The translations under genes were made by a program, and so were the position numbers. The notes below the pieces were generated by a model. The model saw only the letters and a list, made by a program, of their open reading frames with translations, did no database searches and was not told the origin of the DNA. From NCBI GenBank assembly GCA_965644295.1, contig CBFFRP010000303.1, positions 23,251 to 87,250 on the forward strand: DNA of 64,000 bases. Reading direction: 5' to 3'. How positions within the stretch are numbered: position 1 is the first letter of the stretch; every line of letters starts with the position of its first letter. Below are positions 24,106 to 38,400 of the stretch, one piece after another. Source of the stretch: Paraphysomonas bandaiensis. Its lineage: Eukaryota > Protista > Chrysophyceae.

Positions 24106-24687
24106 TGTAGCAAAATTGGGTATGACAAGTATGGGTGATTTAGGAGGTTGTTATGGCTGAAGAAAAGATGAAATGATGTAGGTTGTAGTATGAGATGAGA
24201 TGTAGATGGTAGTTATGATTAGATTAGAAGGTACGAGTATTAAGGCCAGATATAGGGTTGGAGTGTACCGGAACTACCCGTATATACGGATGTAACGGAC
24301 GTTTATGGTAACCCGTACAGTATTATGATGGTATACGTAGGTATTCTGTAGGATGATATAGGAGTAGATAGCAGGATGTTAAGGGATTTCTAGATGATTA
24401 TTTTTGGAAGTAGAAAACTAGCTATTTATGGCTGGGAAACCACGTCTAGAATTAACTATGGGGATATAGGTAGAAGGATATGGAGTTTTATATGTAATAG
24501 TGGAAGTTGATATCGTAGTTGAGTTGAAAGTTAAGAAGTAGCGAAGTAAAGAGTAAGAAGAGGAAGTTAAGTGAAGAGTGTTGTGAGAAGACTATCCTAC
24601 CCCACATCACCTGTGCACATGGACAGGGATGATAAGACCAGCAATGTTAGTCATGATAGCGAGGCTCAATCACCCGTAGTCGTTACA
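24106..24687 (+). mobile_element. Candidate solo LTR of a third family
   Basis: TGTAGC...CGTTACA termini, CACA on both sides, purine-skewed composition; no second copy in the window. Confidence 0.35.
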
Positions 24688-24730
24688 CACATTTCTAAAA
24701 TGATAGGATGGTAAAAACTTGATGCACTGA

Positions 24731-25030
24731 CCCTCAACAAAGTCGGACTCGCACAAAGGGGGATAAGTACCGAACATGTTTCTCCGGGAAGTGGGCCCAC
24801 CTCAAGGGCATCCGGGGTATTACTGCCTACACAAGGACTCGAAAAACATTAAGTCAGCAGACGTCAGGTATATCAACATATCAACATTCTGCTGCTTGCT
24901 CGCGGCGTTTGCTTTGAGAAAGTGGTTGCACCTTGGTGCTTGCGGCAACGCGCAATAAACTTCCGTGTAGTGTTAAATACAGTTGTAGGATATCAGCACT
25001 TGTTCTAGTTAGTTACAGGTAGAGACAAAC
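24731..25030 (+). mobile_element. Internally deleted SINE copy 2
   Basis: Starts CCCTCAACAAAGTCGGACTCGCAC; retains GGGGGATAAGTACCG, GCCCACCTCAAGGGC and the GCACCTTGGTGCTTGCG 3' block. Confidence 0.85.
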
Positions 25031-26409
25031 TAAAAATCACTTTGCAGTCGTATTGTATGTTGTTGTTATAAAATGCAGTTGCCTTTCTTGTTTTGAAACT
25101 CCTATGTCTGTATTCGTTTAATTAAGCAACACAATAAGCGATAAGCTGGTATTAGAACACATAGCACAAGTGTTCTTGAGAACGTGAATGAAAATAACAA
25201 AAATGCAGCCGTGATGATGTCAGGTGGCAACGAAGCCTCACTTTCGCGGACAGAAAAGGATCATATTAAAATATTTTTTCTCGGTGAGAAATAAGAATCT
25301 GATAATGATCACAAAGAGGATCTAGTTTAGAATGTCAACACAGCGCAGCGTCGAATTGATAGTAACAGGCAGCAGAAGCGAGAACGACTTTACAAACTCG
25401 ATACAGAAACATGTAGCACTTGCATGTTGCAATCTATGAGGCTGAAAATTGAAAATAATATTGTGTTCTATAGTTTAGCACAACAAAAGGCGGAGAATTC
25501 AAAACAAACAACATTGAAGTATACTCTTGCTACTTCATGTTTCTTTCAATAATTTTGTTTTTTGCTTTACTTGCTTAATAAAGTAAACAATATATATATA
25601 TATGCAAACGTGGAGAAAAAAAACACGTTTTTTACGTGCACTTCTTTTGTTAAAACAGCTAGTTACTAGAGTCCTTATAAATAGTTCTCTGCATTTGTAT
25701 TGATATATTATTGACTAATATTGAAAATTAATATTATTTTCAGTATAAAAATGAGCTCAACTAACCGTTTGATTGCTCAACTAGTTGTAGCTAGTCTTTT
25801 TGTATAAACTTAAAACCACATAATTATTGAATAGAAGAGCAACAAACATACAATGCACACTCTACTCTACATAACATTCTGCAGAAATTTTTTTGTTCTT
25901 CTCCGTCCGGTTCTCAAGTTCGAGGCACTGGATTAGCAAGAGATTATGTGATGTTATAATTTGGTTATTACAAGTTACAAATATTTATATACACAAAATA
26001 TGCTCTTTAACTGATACTATTTATTCAGAATATTTGTTTGTGTATTGCATAATGAAACACATTAATAGATATGTAATTAATTGGAATGTAGTAGTTACTA
26101 AATACTACGAAATATTCAGATAGCTTAACAGTAACGACATTGATTAAATATATAGCACTGATATTTTATTTCCTTTCCCTGACGTAGTGGTGGGGTGTCG
26201 TACAAGGAATAACTATATACTTATGATTAAAGAGCTTGAACTGTATACTATATACTTGTAGTCGGTGACTTTTATTGCTATAAAAATGAATTTGTATGTA
26301 AGTTGTAAAAAATATTAGAAATAATATTCTTCACATTGTTAAAATCTTCATAGTTTCTTTTTGTGCATAGCTATACCCTTTTCCGACGTCATCGAATACA
26401 AACAACACT

Positions 26410-29400
26410 CTAAAATAAATTACACCTACTGCTGATGCTACGTTTTTCAGTTTCGTTGAGTACTTTTATCGTTCCGCTTCTGTCACATGTCTCTTTATGA
26501 GTGGGAAGCGCTTTCTCTGCGTGAGAAAAGTAATCGCCGGCAAGTGATCTCAATCTTGCGATTGTCCTAGGATCACCGCCCTGCGTAGCGCGATAGTCAG
26601 CTTGTTCCTGCATTATCACACCCGAAATAAAATCAACAATGTGCATGTACTTGACTCTGGGCTCTAAGCGCTCTACATCTTCAACCATAAACTCAAACTG
26701 CTTGTTACTACGCATTAAGTATATCACATATTTCAATATCCGAAACGTACCCCATAAGGAGACTTTTCTTCAAGGAACTGGTTCAGTACCGTAGGCTTCA
26801 GGGAAAGACACATCACCGACAAAAATGATTGCACAACACCCTACATTTCATTTATAACATCTAATATATTCTATGGCGGCAGACCTTTAGGAAAGATGGC
26901 ACCCTTCTAATTCTATGTAGGTGATCCTCGTTTCCGTCGATAGCACATTTACCAAATCTCTGGATTAAACCCACCGCAACTCGCTCTGTCCAGAAGGCCT
27001 CACTGTTACTGTGCCTCCCAACAATAAGATTTAAAAACTGCGTAAGCAACATAAAAATTCCTTGCTGGCTTGAGGATCGTTCACTCTTCATCCATCGTCG
27101 CTGGAAATCACGCGCTATGTTCTTCAGAGTCCTCACAACCATTTGCAGCAACAGTGCAGTTCTAATAGAAGCAGTTGAATTAGAGGCGGGAATGTTGCTT
27201 CTCACAAGTCCCATATGGCGTATATTTACCCCTCGGGCATGAAAGAAAACCGGTATATCCAGTGCAATTACCTCACGCTGGCGCATTTTCGCTAGAACAT
27301 TGGCGAGAGCTGGTATGATCTCCCGTACTAGTCGTTCCGTAGCACGTATTACCTCACGATTGCGATCAACACCTTCCGGATCATAGTTGGAAAAAGCAGT
27401 GAGAGCATCCGGAGATAAAGGAGTGGGGGAGAGAATATGAGTATCATTTCCACATCTTGAGTGAGGAGGGGTGCTGACATAAGAATCTGTGTTCCCCATA
27501 GCTGTCTGTTCTTCACCATACAGGTCTCGAACAGCAGCGTCGATGTACTCCTTCTTCCGCTTCTGAGTGTCAATGAAATCAGCGTATTCCTCATAGCCAT
27601 CGACATTTTCACGTACAGCCTCCACGTCGAAGTGATTATATCTGTTCACATATTCTACAATTTCCTGGAAATTCTTGGTCTCAAACTGAGAGTTGCGACG
27701 CATCCTGAGCACAGAAGGAGAAACTCCTAGAGCCAGATCTTGCGGGGGGAGATCCTCCCCAAGATATCCATACCCTGGGGTACTATCTATAGTCTCTTCT
27801 TTCATCTCATCCGGTGTGGTGCCAAAATGGTCATACGTCTGACTCCCGTTAATGGCATTCAATTCCTGATCATCAGATTTCGTTATTGTAGGAGTCGAGT
27901 CGAACTCATCATACACCGTCTCTTTCTGTACAGTCTCAAGTTCCTCCTCCGGTTGTGACTTGTCAAAAACCTCAATCAATTCCTCGAATTCATCATACAC
28001 AGTCTCGTCAACACAGTCTATTGCAGTGTCTGTGTGACTCTTGTTTTGTGGTTGCACCCCTGAGGAGGGTATCGCATTGGTAGTCGATATCTGGTCGACA
28101 GCTGGCAATGGACTGCTATGCATAGGAGAATGGATACTGGTCCTCTCTCTTTCGCTCGGAACGACAGCATCAGAGCTCAATGGATTGATATCTTCTGCGC
28201 GGAGGGGAACCAGATCCACTCCGCGCCCGTGGACATACTCCGGACTAAATCATAATATGTAATTGAGGACTACGTATACTCAATACATACCGCAGTAGTC
28301 TCCAAAATATCGACAGTGACCGACTCTTAATATCCGATGCCGGTACGCGGTGAATGATAGTTCCATCCGCAAAAAGTATATCATAGTAATCTCCATGAGA
28401 GCATGCTCTATGGACAGTACCTTTTATGTATGTAGCTCCTCCAGTCTCGGAATCCAGCATCCGTACCTGCACGATAGATCCATCTTCGTATATATCATCC
28501 AGGTGTCGCGTACAGCTAGGGGCTTCCGGTGGAAAGGTACGTGAGAGGTCCAGAAGGTATATTCGGTTGTCCATGCCAATGTGACCCTCTGATCACAACA
28601 TCAAACATGACGAATAAAAAAACTTGAGGTACCTATATCTACAGCGGCATGTAGTTCCGTAAGGTGCCCCGGGGGGCCCACTGAGTGCGCTCTCAAATTC
28701 AGTGCCGCTGCTGCTCTTTCCATCGCCGAATTAACTCCTGGATGTGATTTGTGAATTACCCTGCCTCCGTCTGCGCTGCCGTAAACTAGACTATTATTTC
28801 CAAGAGGAAGAAACGCCTGAGCTGTCATGCGGAAACCTTTGTAGTCTATCAACGCCATCAGAGGTAAGTGCAACTCTCTCACGCCAGCATTATAATAGTG
28901 GATAGATCCTTTGAGATCATGACCTGCCGCCTTTGCTGCTGCTTCATCCGAGCCATTATATGGGCCAGTAGCTCCATCCGCCATCTTAAACAATATTCCT
29001 CGCCACAGGTACTTCTACAGAGAATGGAAGAAATAAAAGATAATCACACAAGAAACTTCTTACCTCCCCTCCAGCGATGCCACCCATGTTCTTTGCAACA
29101 ATGCTTTTATCCTTAATATGTAAGAAGTACTCGGATATTATGGTTTGAGCGTATGTCGTGGCAGTGTGTACGAAGTCGTGGTTGAGAGTATACAATTCGG
29201 CATACTTGATTGACCGCTCAAGGTCGGTGTTCTCGGGCATATCCATGATCCTCTGGAACCGCTGATTCCAGTTATCACCAGCATCATTGACAGTGAGTTT
29301 CTTCTGCCCAGAAAACAACAACCTATCAATCTCACAGTATCGCTGATGAGAGACCTTCTGTCTGACCTCCGCCGCCGCCTCTCCCTGTGTACATGTGTCG

Positions 29401-29678
29401 CAGTGCATCACCAGCAGTGTCCCATCCTCCTGTATCACTGGATGAGTGCTCCTGTGTTTCTTGCAGTTTGATTCCTGCTTTAGAGCACCGACTAGCAGAC
29501 GAGCTGTGCGACTCCGCCATGCAGATTGTAGAGCAATAGCGTATTTCCTAGCGAGAGCTTCGTCTATATCCAGCACCACCTCATGGCCCTCCTGCTGCTC
29601 CTCCTGGACAGAGCTGAAAGAGCTCACCACAAACTTAGAGATGCGATTGTTGTAGCCAGCCTTCCTTGTGGTCTGCAT
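26410..29678 (-). CDS. Clu-domain (CLUH/clustered-mitochondria-like) protein with N-terminal IQ-like motif, spliced
   Basis: WNQRFQ, KAAGHDLKG, LMALIDYKGFR, LVYGSADGG, RIYLLDLSRTFPPE, FHARGVNIRHMGLVR; IQ-like ALQSAWRSRTAR. Confidence 0.88.
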
Positions 29679-30206
29679 GAGTGTTTTGTTCGATCAACAC
29701 TGTCTCGATCTGTGTGTGTGTGTGTGTTGACAAGAATGAGGTGACGAGTCGGATATACGGCACAGTATCTCCCTCCACACCGTGTGTATATGTACAGCAC
29801 ACATACTGCTGTATCTGGATCTCATGTACAGAGTGAGTGTACAGCACTCGTATGGGCATCCTTTGTGTATTTTTGTTCCAAGATGCCTCTAATATTGAGA
29901 CAACAATTACCTGCATTCCAGACGTAGTTTTATAGCAGTAATATAGAGTATTATTGCTTCAATTTATTTCCGAAAAATAGATGCTGACTGCCCATACGAC
30001 TATACACAAGACAGCAGTGTGTGTGTCTATAGAGTACAGCAGTATACAGCAGTATGCAGCCCACGTCTCTCTTCCTTCCAGCCCCATATACACACACATA
30101 CACAGCCTTAAGCTCGTAGAGTTAGAGTTGAGGGCTTAAGTTTGATTGTAATCCATCACTCGTTATTCTTATCAGCTTGTGCTCGATTAGGGTTAGAGAG
30201 CACGCT

Positions 30207-31048
30207 ATGATGTCGGATGACATGTCTCACACGATGAAGGAGAATGCTCTGCTAGATGAGCTCAAGAGAGAGGCCGGTCAGACCTCTGTCGCCTTATATC
30301 TAACGTATCTTAACAGATGAAGTATAGGAATTAGTTACTTTGACAGTGGCGACTCTACAGAGCTGGAGACCGTTCATACAGCAGACGATACCGCAGCAGT
30401 CGAAGCTGATGACAATAAACGAAAGGGAAAATCTCGGCGGCTGTCAGTGAAAGATGTGGCCGACGAGTTCCGGTGTCGCTCTCAAGTTGAGCCCGTGCCA
30501 GATAGGCCATATGCGCGGCTTTTACTTGCTGACGAGTACGTCGTACATGAAAGTGTTGTCTGGAAACGATCGGTAAAACGTTCTGCTTATTATACATGTT
30601 TCTCATATTAACTATACAGGGGTGGTCGTTTAAGAATAGATACCTAGTATTAACCAATAAACCTAGAGTATTTTACACTACTCTGCAGGGCCATTTCAAA
30701 GGTCAGATTCCATGGAGTATGACGGAGCCCATAGGAATTACAAAGGTTGGTTTTGTCTACGGTGGCATACTTATTACTGATGCTGGAGATTAGGTTGATG
30801 CCACTCACTTTGACATCACTGTCAGCAACTCATCGAGGGTTTACCACTTTAATGACAAAGTTAAAGGGTCTGATAAATGGGTAGAAGTTATTTCCGAGGT
30901 ACCGTTGTGTTGATTATGAAATGCTTTATCTCATGTAATCAAATGCAGCTCTCTAACGTGTGGAAAGCGTATCTGGAAACAAATGTAAGTTAGACGACAA
31001 TAGTTAACAAATACTTATGTATTGCAGTCTGCAGGTAGGAAGAAATGA
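30207..31048 (+). CDS. PH-domain protein (PDK1-type PH, no kinase domain seen), spliced
   Basis: Spliced VVHESVVWKRS|GWSFKNRYLVLTNKPRVFY...FKGQIPWS...YHFND..GSDKWVEVI; splice phases consistent. The stop may instead be 31082 if the second acceptor is used. Confidence 0.72.
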
Positions 31049-31232
31049 AAACATATCTCCGAAGACTGCATCTATTTCGTGAATTATATGTTTGCTCTAC
31101 CTGTATTGTTATTCATCATTATAAATAATTGAAATACTCTCGTTTGATGTTTCGAAAACTCAAGGTTCTAGTGGTTACTTTGAGTACCCTGTCAGTTTCG
31201 ACTGAGTTACGAAAAACTCTTGCACAAGTTTC

Positions 31233-31960
31233 CAGGACTGTGTAGAAATTAATTGTCGATTAATTGACGTTGTAGTCAATTATAATTACAATTATTACTT
31301 GCTATCCCAATTACTATAATCTGTAATTGAATTACAATTTTATTTATACTAAACTATGTACTCAAGTAGCTATACATCAGCTGTCAACATAACTTGTTCA
31401 ACTGTTATTTCATCCCAGAGGCGGCGATCATTTACCGTCCGGGTAAGTGAAGCCTTGTTGACACCTTGAACCTTCACGACTGCCTTTTCGAAGCAGCGTT
31501 ATGAATAATAGTGTTTGCCTTCCTCTTGTAAGGAATTTCAAGTCGTCCCGTAATTGCACCAGTTCGGCATGCTCTATTTACTTGGAATTTATTAAGATTT
31601 ATTGATTCACGTATATCCCTTAACGCGTAAATACAACAACATGGTACAAAGAAATATCAAATGACTGAATAATTACCAGGCTATATGCTATATAAGCAAG
31701 ATACGAAACTGTACAAGAGTATAAGATACGCTAATATGTGTAGTTCTAATGCTCTATTCAACTGCGTCTTGCTAATATACTATTAGACTTTATTCTTCAT
31801 GTGGAGTTTATATAATGAATCTTTATCTTCTAATTAATACGAAGTGTATCATTCATACTATAGACAGACAACATAGAGCATAGATAATTTCAATTTCAAT
31901 TATTGCAATTTAATATTTGACAAAATTCAAAGAGAATCAAATATTTGATACACAGCCCTG
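31233..31960 (-). mobile_element. Non-autonomous hAT-type DNA transposon derivative
   Basis: TIRs CAGG(A/G)CTGTGTA; degenerate 8-bp TSD CAAGTTTC/CTAATTTC; internal minus-strand remnant FEKAVVKVQG resembling the transposase remnant at ~40430. Confidence 0.65.
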
Positions 31961-32023
31961 CTAATTTCTAGTTTGAAACTTCAAGGAAGCCATAATTGAT
32001 TCACACATTCTATGTACTACCTT

Positions 32024-32833
32024 CCTTCAACAATGTCGAACTTGCATCTCTGCGTCGTGGTGTTTTGGAGGATAAGTACCGGAGATATTTCTCCGGGAAA
32101 CTAACGTGAGCCGAATATTTATAGTCAGCAGATATTGTTCCGCTTTCTGCCCACTCATGGCCAAATGTTTGTATGGCACAAGTGAAACTAATAAGTCTCA
32201 CTTGTGTAGACGTCGTTGAGCTTTGATGAATAAACAGGCATACGGGAATAGGCCCATCTTAAGAGCATACGGGATATTGGGCTGCCTGCTGCATCCAGGC
32301 TGTTCATGTTAAGGTCAGCAGTATCAACGTTTGACATTATACGTGAAGTATTAACTTAACAACAGAAGATAAACTTATACTCAATGCTGAGGATAATGAA
32401 TTACAATCAATATCTCCTATCATTCACCAATTTCATATTGTCTCTACTACCACTCATTTCTCGTACGATCTTACTTCGTTACTACAACTTGCATCAACGT
32501 CTCTATATTCCGTTTTACCACTATATACTTATCGTCATTCATTCTCACAGTGCGATTAACAAGAGCACAACTGTATACTACTGTAATTTTTATACCTTAC
32601 ACCTACAGCTTTCAATTGCTCTCATATAGCAGAACTCAACAAGGAGGTGTCAGGTATATCAACATTCCACTTTGAGTAATAGAGCAAAAGTGATTGCACC
32701 TCGGTGCTTGCGGTGACGCACAAGCAGCTTTTGTAACGTTATATAGTAGGATATCAGAGTTAAGTACTAGTTAAATTGTTTGGCTACGTTCTGACTCTTA
32801 CACGCCTATTACTAATAGTAAGACATTCACCAC
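32024..32833 (+). mobile_element. SINE copy 3, interrupted by a solo LTR
   Basis: Head CCTTCAAC...GATAAGTACCGGAGATATTTCTCCGGGAAACTAACGTGAGCCGA; tail resumes at 32647; degenerate TSD TGTACTACCTT/TGTACTATTTT. Confidence 0.85.
32322..32641 (-). mobile_element. Solo LTR related to family A
   Basis: Right end reverse-complements to TGTTGAGTTCTGCT...GAGCAATTGAAAGCTGTA; 5-bp TSD AGCAG/AGGAG inside the SINE. Confidence 0.8.
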
Positions 32834-33025
32834 TGTACTATTTTGGAATGTGATGACTAATGACTAATGACACACCATCTAAAAGGTAATTTCAAACTTC
32901 GATTTCATACTACACGAATTCTCCTGCATTTAACAGAATCTGATCTTTAAAATTTCAAATAAATTGATTACTTCATTCATTTCTTCCAAAAGCATACGGT
33001 CTTAGCACTAAAAGTCAGAATTCAT

Positions 33026-34481
33026 TTACTTAAGACATTTTTTGAATTCAGACTCTAAAAAAGCGTTATCAATGTCTTTACCAATAACAATAACTTTGTT
33101 TTCTCCACCAGTTGTGTCGTTTTCAGATCCAATACAAAATGACGACGCTTGTATATCAAATACATCATGAACAGCCTGAAGGATATGGAGGTGGTTATCA
33201 CCTTTTACATGAAATACTCCTTTCATACGGAATATGCGACACTTTGGTTCGCTTGTGGAGGAATTCGAAATCGCTCCACTAGCTGCATGTCCTCCAGTCT
33301 CACCATCTGCGTCACTGAAGCTGTAGAGAAGTCCATCCAGTAGCACTTTGAGCATACCTAAATCGAGCTGTCCAGGAAAAGAGAAGCCATGGGTGGAGAG
33401 GCTAGATGCAAGGTGAGCAACATCAGACTGATCCTTATGACTATGATCATGATCGCCATGACTATGATCATGGGAATGTCCACAACAATTGGCCCCGGCA
33501 ATAACTGAGGAAACATCAGCAGTGGTGTAGCTCCGTGCATCCAGAACCCAGTCCGGACTTACATTCGCATAACAAGTTTGTCGGACTTCTGCGGATGAGT
33601 TAACGCCACGTACTGCACTTTCCACCACATTCATCTGGGCATGAAAAATAGAAGCTGAGTAAAGCAATGCCTAATGGGAAAACATGATTCCGCTCAATTA
33701 CCTGGTCTTGAGACAGGAGATCAGACTTGTTCAGAAGAATGCGATCCGCAAAAGCTAGCTGCATTTTCACGTCGCTGCTGGTATCTGGGGAGGCCGCACC
33801 ATACATAAGCCAATCTATTAATAATATTTCCTTTGCATACCTTTATCCGCCAAGTACTTTAGTATATTGACAGAATCCACAACAGTAACCACGCCATCTA
33901 GTTGTAATGCACTCTCCGCCTCCTCGTCTGCCCACAGAGAAGATATAATTGGTCCTGGATTAGCCACTCCAGTAGTCTCTATTAAGACATAATCGAATCT
34001 GTCCTTGTGCAAAACGAGTTGCTCCAGAGTTGCTAGAAGATCATCCTTAACAGAACAGCAAATACACCCATTACTGAGCTCAAAGAAGCCTGCGCAATAT
34101 CATTAAGACAATCACTAAACTGCACATAAACCTACCAGCTATATCTTCTCCATCAACACCACTTTTAGCAATCATGTTTTCGATTCCTGAGGTAACAGTG
34201 TTATCAGCCGCTGTCAAACGCATGCATGCTGAGAAGTCAATACCTAAACCAGAGCTGAATTCATTCTCTATTATCGCAATTCTCTTTCCATGATTGTGAC
34301 GAAGGAGATAATTCAATAGTGTTGTTTTCCCTGCAAGACATCAAACAGAGACAGCAGTCACGAGAATCCACCCACCACTTCCAAGAAACCCTGTTAAAAT
34401 AGACACCGGGATACGCTTGGAGACAACGGAATCCACCTCGACGAGTGTCGGTACATCTTCATCATCGTCCACGAAATCCAT
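33026..34481 (-). CDS. ZNG1: COG0523/CobW-family Zn-regulated GTPase metallochaperone (ZNG1/CBWD-like), spliced
   Basis: N-terminal DDDEDVPTLV (CPELV-like), ILTGFLGSGKTT, IENEF, GCICC, IETTGVANP, LNKSD, His-rich linker, CobW_C FRMKG. Confidence 0.88.
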
Positions 34482-34598
34482 TCCAGCCTATCAATATGTG
34501 AAGAGATGCTGCAGCCGTACAAAGAATAAGAATACTAGAAGATGAATGCGCAGGCCATGGAATACAATTGTATACCACTGTATAGCATATATATACAC

Positions 34599-34716
34599 TG
34601 TATGCATGTATGTATGTATGTATGTATGTATGTATGTATGTATGTATGTATGTATGTATGTATGTATGTATGTATGTATGTATGTATGCATGTATGTATG
34701 TATGTATGTATGTATG
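34599..34716. repeat. (TATG)n microsatellite
   Basis: About 29 units between the divergent ZNG1 and GPCR-like start codons. Confidence 0.97.
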
Positions 34717-34810
34717 GCTGGGAGTTGGTCTCTTATATGAAGTGAGGCATGTGTGAGGTTTAGAAGTTTCCGCTGCTGAGCGGGTCAATATATAGGATCA
34801 AGTTACTCTA

Positions 34811-35968
34811 ATGTCAGGCGATAACAATCAAACTGTGGTGATATCAATCTGTCTCTGCTTTGCGACTCTCTCTCTGTTTGCTTCTGTTATTACTCTCATT
34901 TTAATTAAACGACTCAAGAAATGGAATGGATATTTGCAGCTAGTTGTCAGTTTAACGATATGTCAAATAGCTTATGACATCGGCTTTTATCCGTTGCCTT
35001 GGTTTTATACTCGAGTGGGAGAGTTGCTGTTCATATTGTTAAACACATCTGGTGGTCTCGCGAGCTCTCTATGGAGTAACGCTATTATCCTCGTAACGTG
35101 TCATATAGTTATGCATTTACGCTCTGTGGATATTATAAAAATGGTATGTATTTGTCCGCCTGTTTGGTTGTCGTGATATATTTTACAGTACCCGCTTTAT
35201 TTTACTTTGGTTATGGTACCGTCGTTGTCGGTAGCAATAGTATCAGCTGTTTTTCCTGACAGCAGTTATACCCAAATGGCTTACTTGGCTATCCGATCAT
35301 TATCTATTCTAGTGAATATAGTCGCGATATTGATTATATTCTGCAAGATATCACGTATGCAAAAGGAAGGTGATGTACGTGAAGACCCCAACTGTAACCC
35401 AGTATTCGTGCTTTCCAAGCGATTGGTATACTACTGCATGGTTCAGACTGTTACACGGATAGGTTCATCTTGGTACCAGCTTCAATATGGGTTCGGCGGT
35501 ACATATGATGCAGACAGTGCAAGCACCCTTGAGACTGCAGTCTATTTCAGCGAGTTTATTCTCAATCCTTCTGCTGGCATTGGGTATCTACTAGTGTTCT
35601 TATACATTCAGCCAGATGCCGTTGGGGAATTGAGAAGCCTTTTGCGGCCGCGAAAATTTAGTAGGAAAAAACGTTTATGCGGTCCCCGGGAATCGCTTCT
35701 GGATGGTATTGCTGATGATTTCACGGACCCAATGCTCTCGGAAGAGAGTGCAAACAACAATTCCCTGCGTCGGCGCAGTTCCAGCAGCCAAGACAGCTCA
35801 TTTTTTCCAATGCTGGGGTGGAGCCCAGGAACTGCTCCGACAGTTTTCCCATTGCTAGGCATGGACGAAGATGGTCTTGCCCAGGAGATTGATCGTAGGT
35901 ACTCACAAGCTGTGTTCACTCCTACCCGGAAGCACATGGGAACTGCATCTCAAGCTCCTTCGAGCTGA
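34811..35968 (+). CDS. Multi-pass GPCR-like membrane protein (Git3/cAMP-receptor-like), 2 exons
   Basis: Repeated hydrophobic helices; WNGYLQLVVSL, LASSLWS, LSKRLVYY, PSAGIGYLLVFL; intron ~35144-35188; polar C-tail. Confidence 0.7.
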
Positions 35969-36389
35969 CAGAGTACTCCAAAGTTATAGTTTTCGTCTTC
36001 TACCTTATTCTTGAGCTTACCCTCGCAACTCGATTAATTTTAGATTATAAATTGTGTTAGTGTTGAAAATATTTTTACCTGATTTTCTCGCAAGCTGTAA
36101 AATTCTCTGTGTGGATACCTCCACACCGCGCAGTTCTTTTCACGGGTTGAACTAGGGATTCACGAAAAGGTATTCTAAACTAACATTGTGGGTTCAGAAT
36201 AGTAGAGCATGTGTTTTGATATGTACTCATTGAGTCGCCATGGATTTCTTGTTACTTGGCATTGACTTTTCTTACACATGCAACATTATATGCAGCAAAG
36301 TTCCTTGTGGATTCCTGGGAGTTGTTTTCACGATTTTATTGCTGATACATGCTTGTTTACAGATCGACCTTCGACATGAACTGCTTCCC

Positions 36390-38400
36390 CCACAATCACC
36401 GCTGCAGCGGCAACTGGAATTGATATCATATACACAGACGGTATGTATGTAAACAATATGAAATGATGTAAATGTCGGCAGTCATCGCGGAGTTCTGTTC
36501 ACACTTTGTGTAATGTTCGTACTCCTACTTATTCTGCCAATAGCACCCTGTGCTTTACAGGACTGATGTTTTCACTTTATGCGATAGCATACGACAATTG
36601 CTACTGCATCATTCGCATCTTCACATTTTAGAATATTGTTTCTTGTACTTATGACATTAACATATGTATGTTATCAGGTACCGATCTTATTATCTCACAA
36701 CCATCGCTGCAGCGGCAACTGGAATCGATATCATATACACAGACGGTATGTATGTAAACAATATGAAATGATGTAAATGTCGGCAGTCATCGCGGAGTTC
36801 TGTTCACACTTTGTGTAATGTTCGTACTCCTACTTATTCTGCCAATAGTACCCTGTGCTTTACAGGACTGATGTTTTCACTTTATGCGATAGCATACGAC
36901 AATTGCTACTGCATCATTCGCATCTTCACATTTTAGAATATTGTTTCTTGTACTTATGACAATAACATATGTATGTTATCAGGTACCGATCTTATTATCT
37001 CACAACCATCGCTGCAGCGGCAACTGGAATCGATATCATATACACAGACGGTATGTATGTAAACAATATGAAATGATGTAAATGTCGGCAGTCATCGCGG
37101 AGTTCTGTTCACACTTTGTGTAATGTTCGTACTCCTACTTATTCTGCCAATAGTACCCTGTGCTTTACAGGACTGATGTTTTCACTTTATGCGATAGCAT
37201 ACGACAATTGCTACTGCATCATTCGCATCTTCACATTTTAGAATATTGTTTCTTGTACTTATGACAATAACATATGTATGTTATCAGGTACCGATCTTAT
37301 TATCTCACAACCATCGCTGCAGCGGCAACTGGAATCGATATCATATACACAGACGGTATGTATGTAAACAATATGAAATGATGTAAATGTCGGCAGTCAT
37401 CGCGGAGTTCTGTTCACACTTTGTGTAATGTTCGTACTCCTACTTATTCTGCCAATAGTACCCTGTGCTTTACAGGACTGATGTTTTCACTTTATGCGAT
37501 AGCATACGACAATTGCTACTGCATCATTCGCATCTTCACATTTTAGAATATTGTTTCTTGTACTTATGACATTGACATATGTATGTTATCAGGTACCGAT
37601 CTTATTATCTCACAACCATCGCTGCAGCGGCAACTGGAATCGATATCATATACACAGACGGTATGTATGTAAACAATATGAAATGATGTAAATGTCGGCA
37701 GTCATCGCGGAGTTCTGTTCACACTTTGTGTAATGTTCGTACTCCTACTTATTCTGCCAATAGTACCCTGTGCTTTACAGGACTGATGTTTTCACTTTAT
37801 GCGATAGCATACGACAATTGCTACTGCATCATTCGCATCTTCACGTTTTAGAATATTGTTTCTTGTACTTATGACATTGACATATGTATGTTATCAGGTA
37901 CCGATCTTATTATCTCACAACCATCGCTGCAGCGGCAACTGGAATCGATATCATATACACAGACGGTATGTATGTAAACGATATGAACAAGATGTAAATG
38001 TCGGCAGTCATCGCGGAGTTCTGTTCACACTTTGTGTAATGTTCGTACTCCTACTTATTCTGCCAATAGTACCCTGTGCTTTACAGGACTGATGTTTTCA
38101 CTTTATGCGATAGCATACGACAATTGCTACTGCATCATTCGCATCTTCACGTTTTAGAATATTGTTTCTTGTACTTATGACATTGACATATGTATGTTAT
38201 CAGGTACCGATCTTATTATCTCACAACCATCGCTGCAGCGGCAACTGGAATCGATATCATATACACAGACGGTATGTATGTAAACGATATGAACAAGATG
38301 TAAATGTCGGCAGTCATCGCGGAGTTCTGTTCACACTTTGTGTGACATGTTTTCACTTTATGCGATAGCATATGACAATTGCTATTACATTATTCTCAAC
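36390..38400. repeat. ~305-bp tandem array, ~6.5 near-identical units
   Basis: GCTGCAGCGGCAACTGGAAT recurs at 36401, 36706, 37011, 37316, 37621, 37926 and 38232. Confidence 0.97.
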
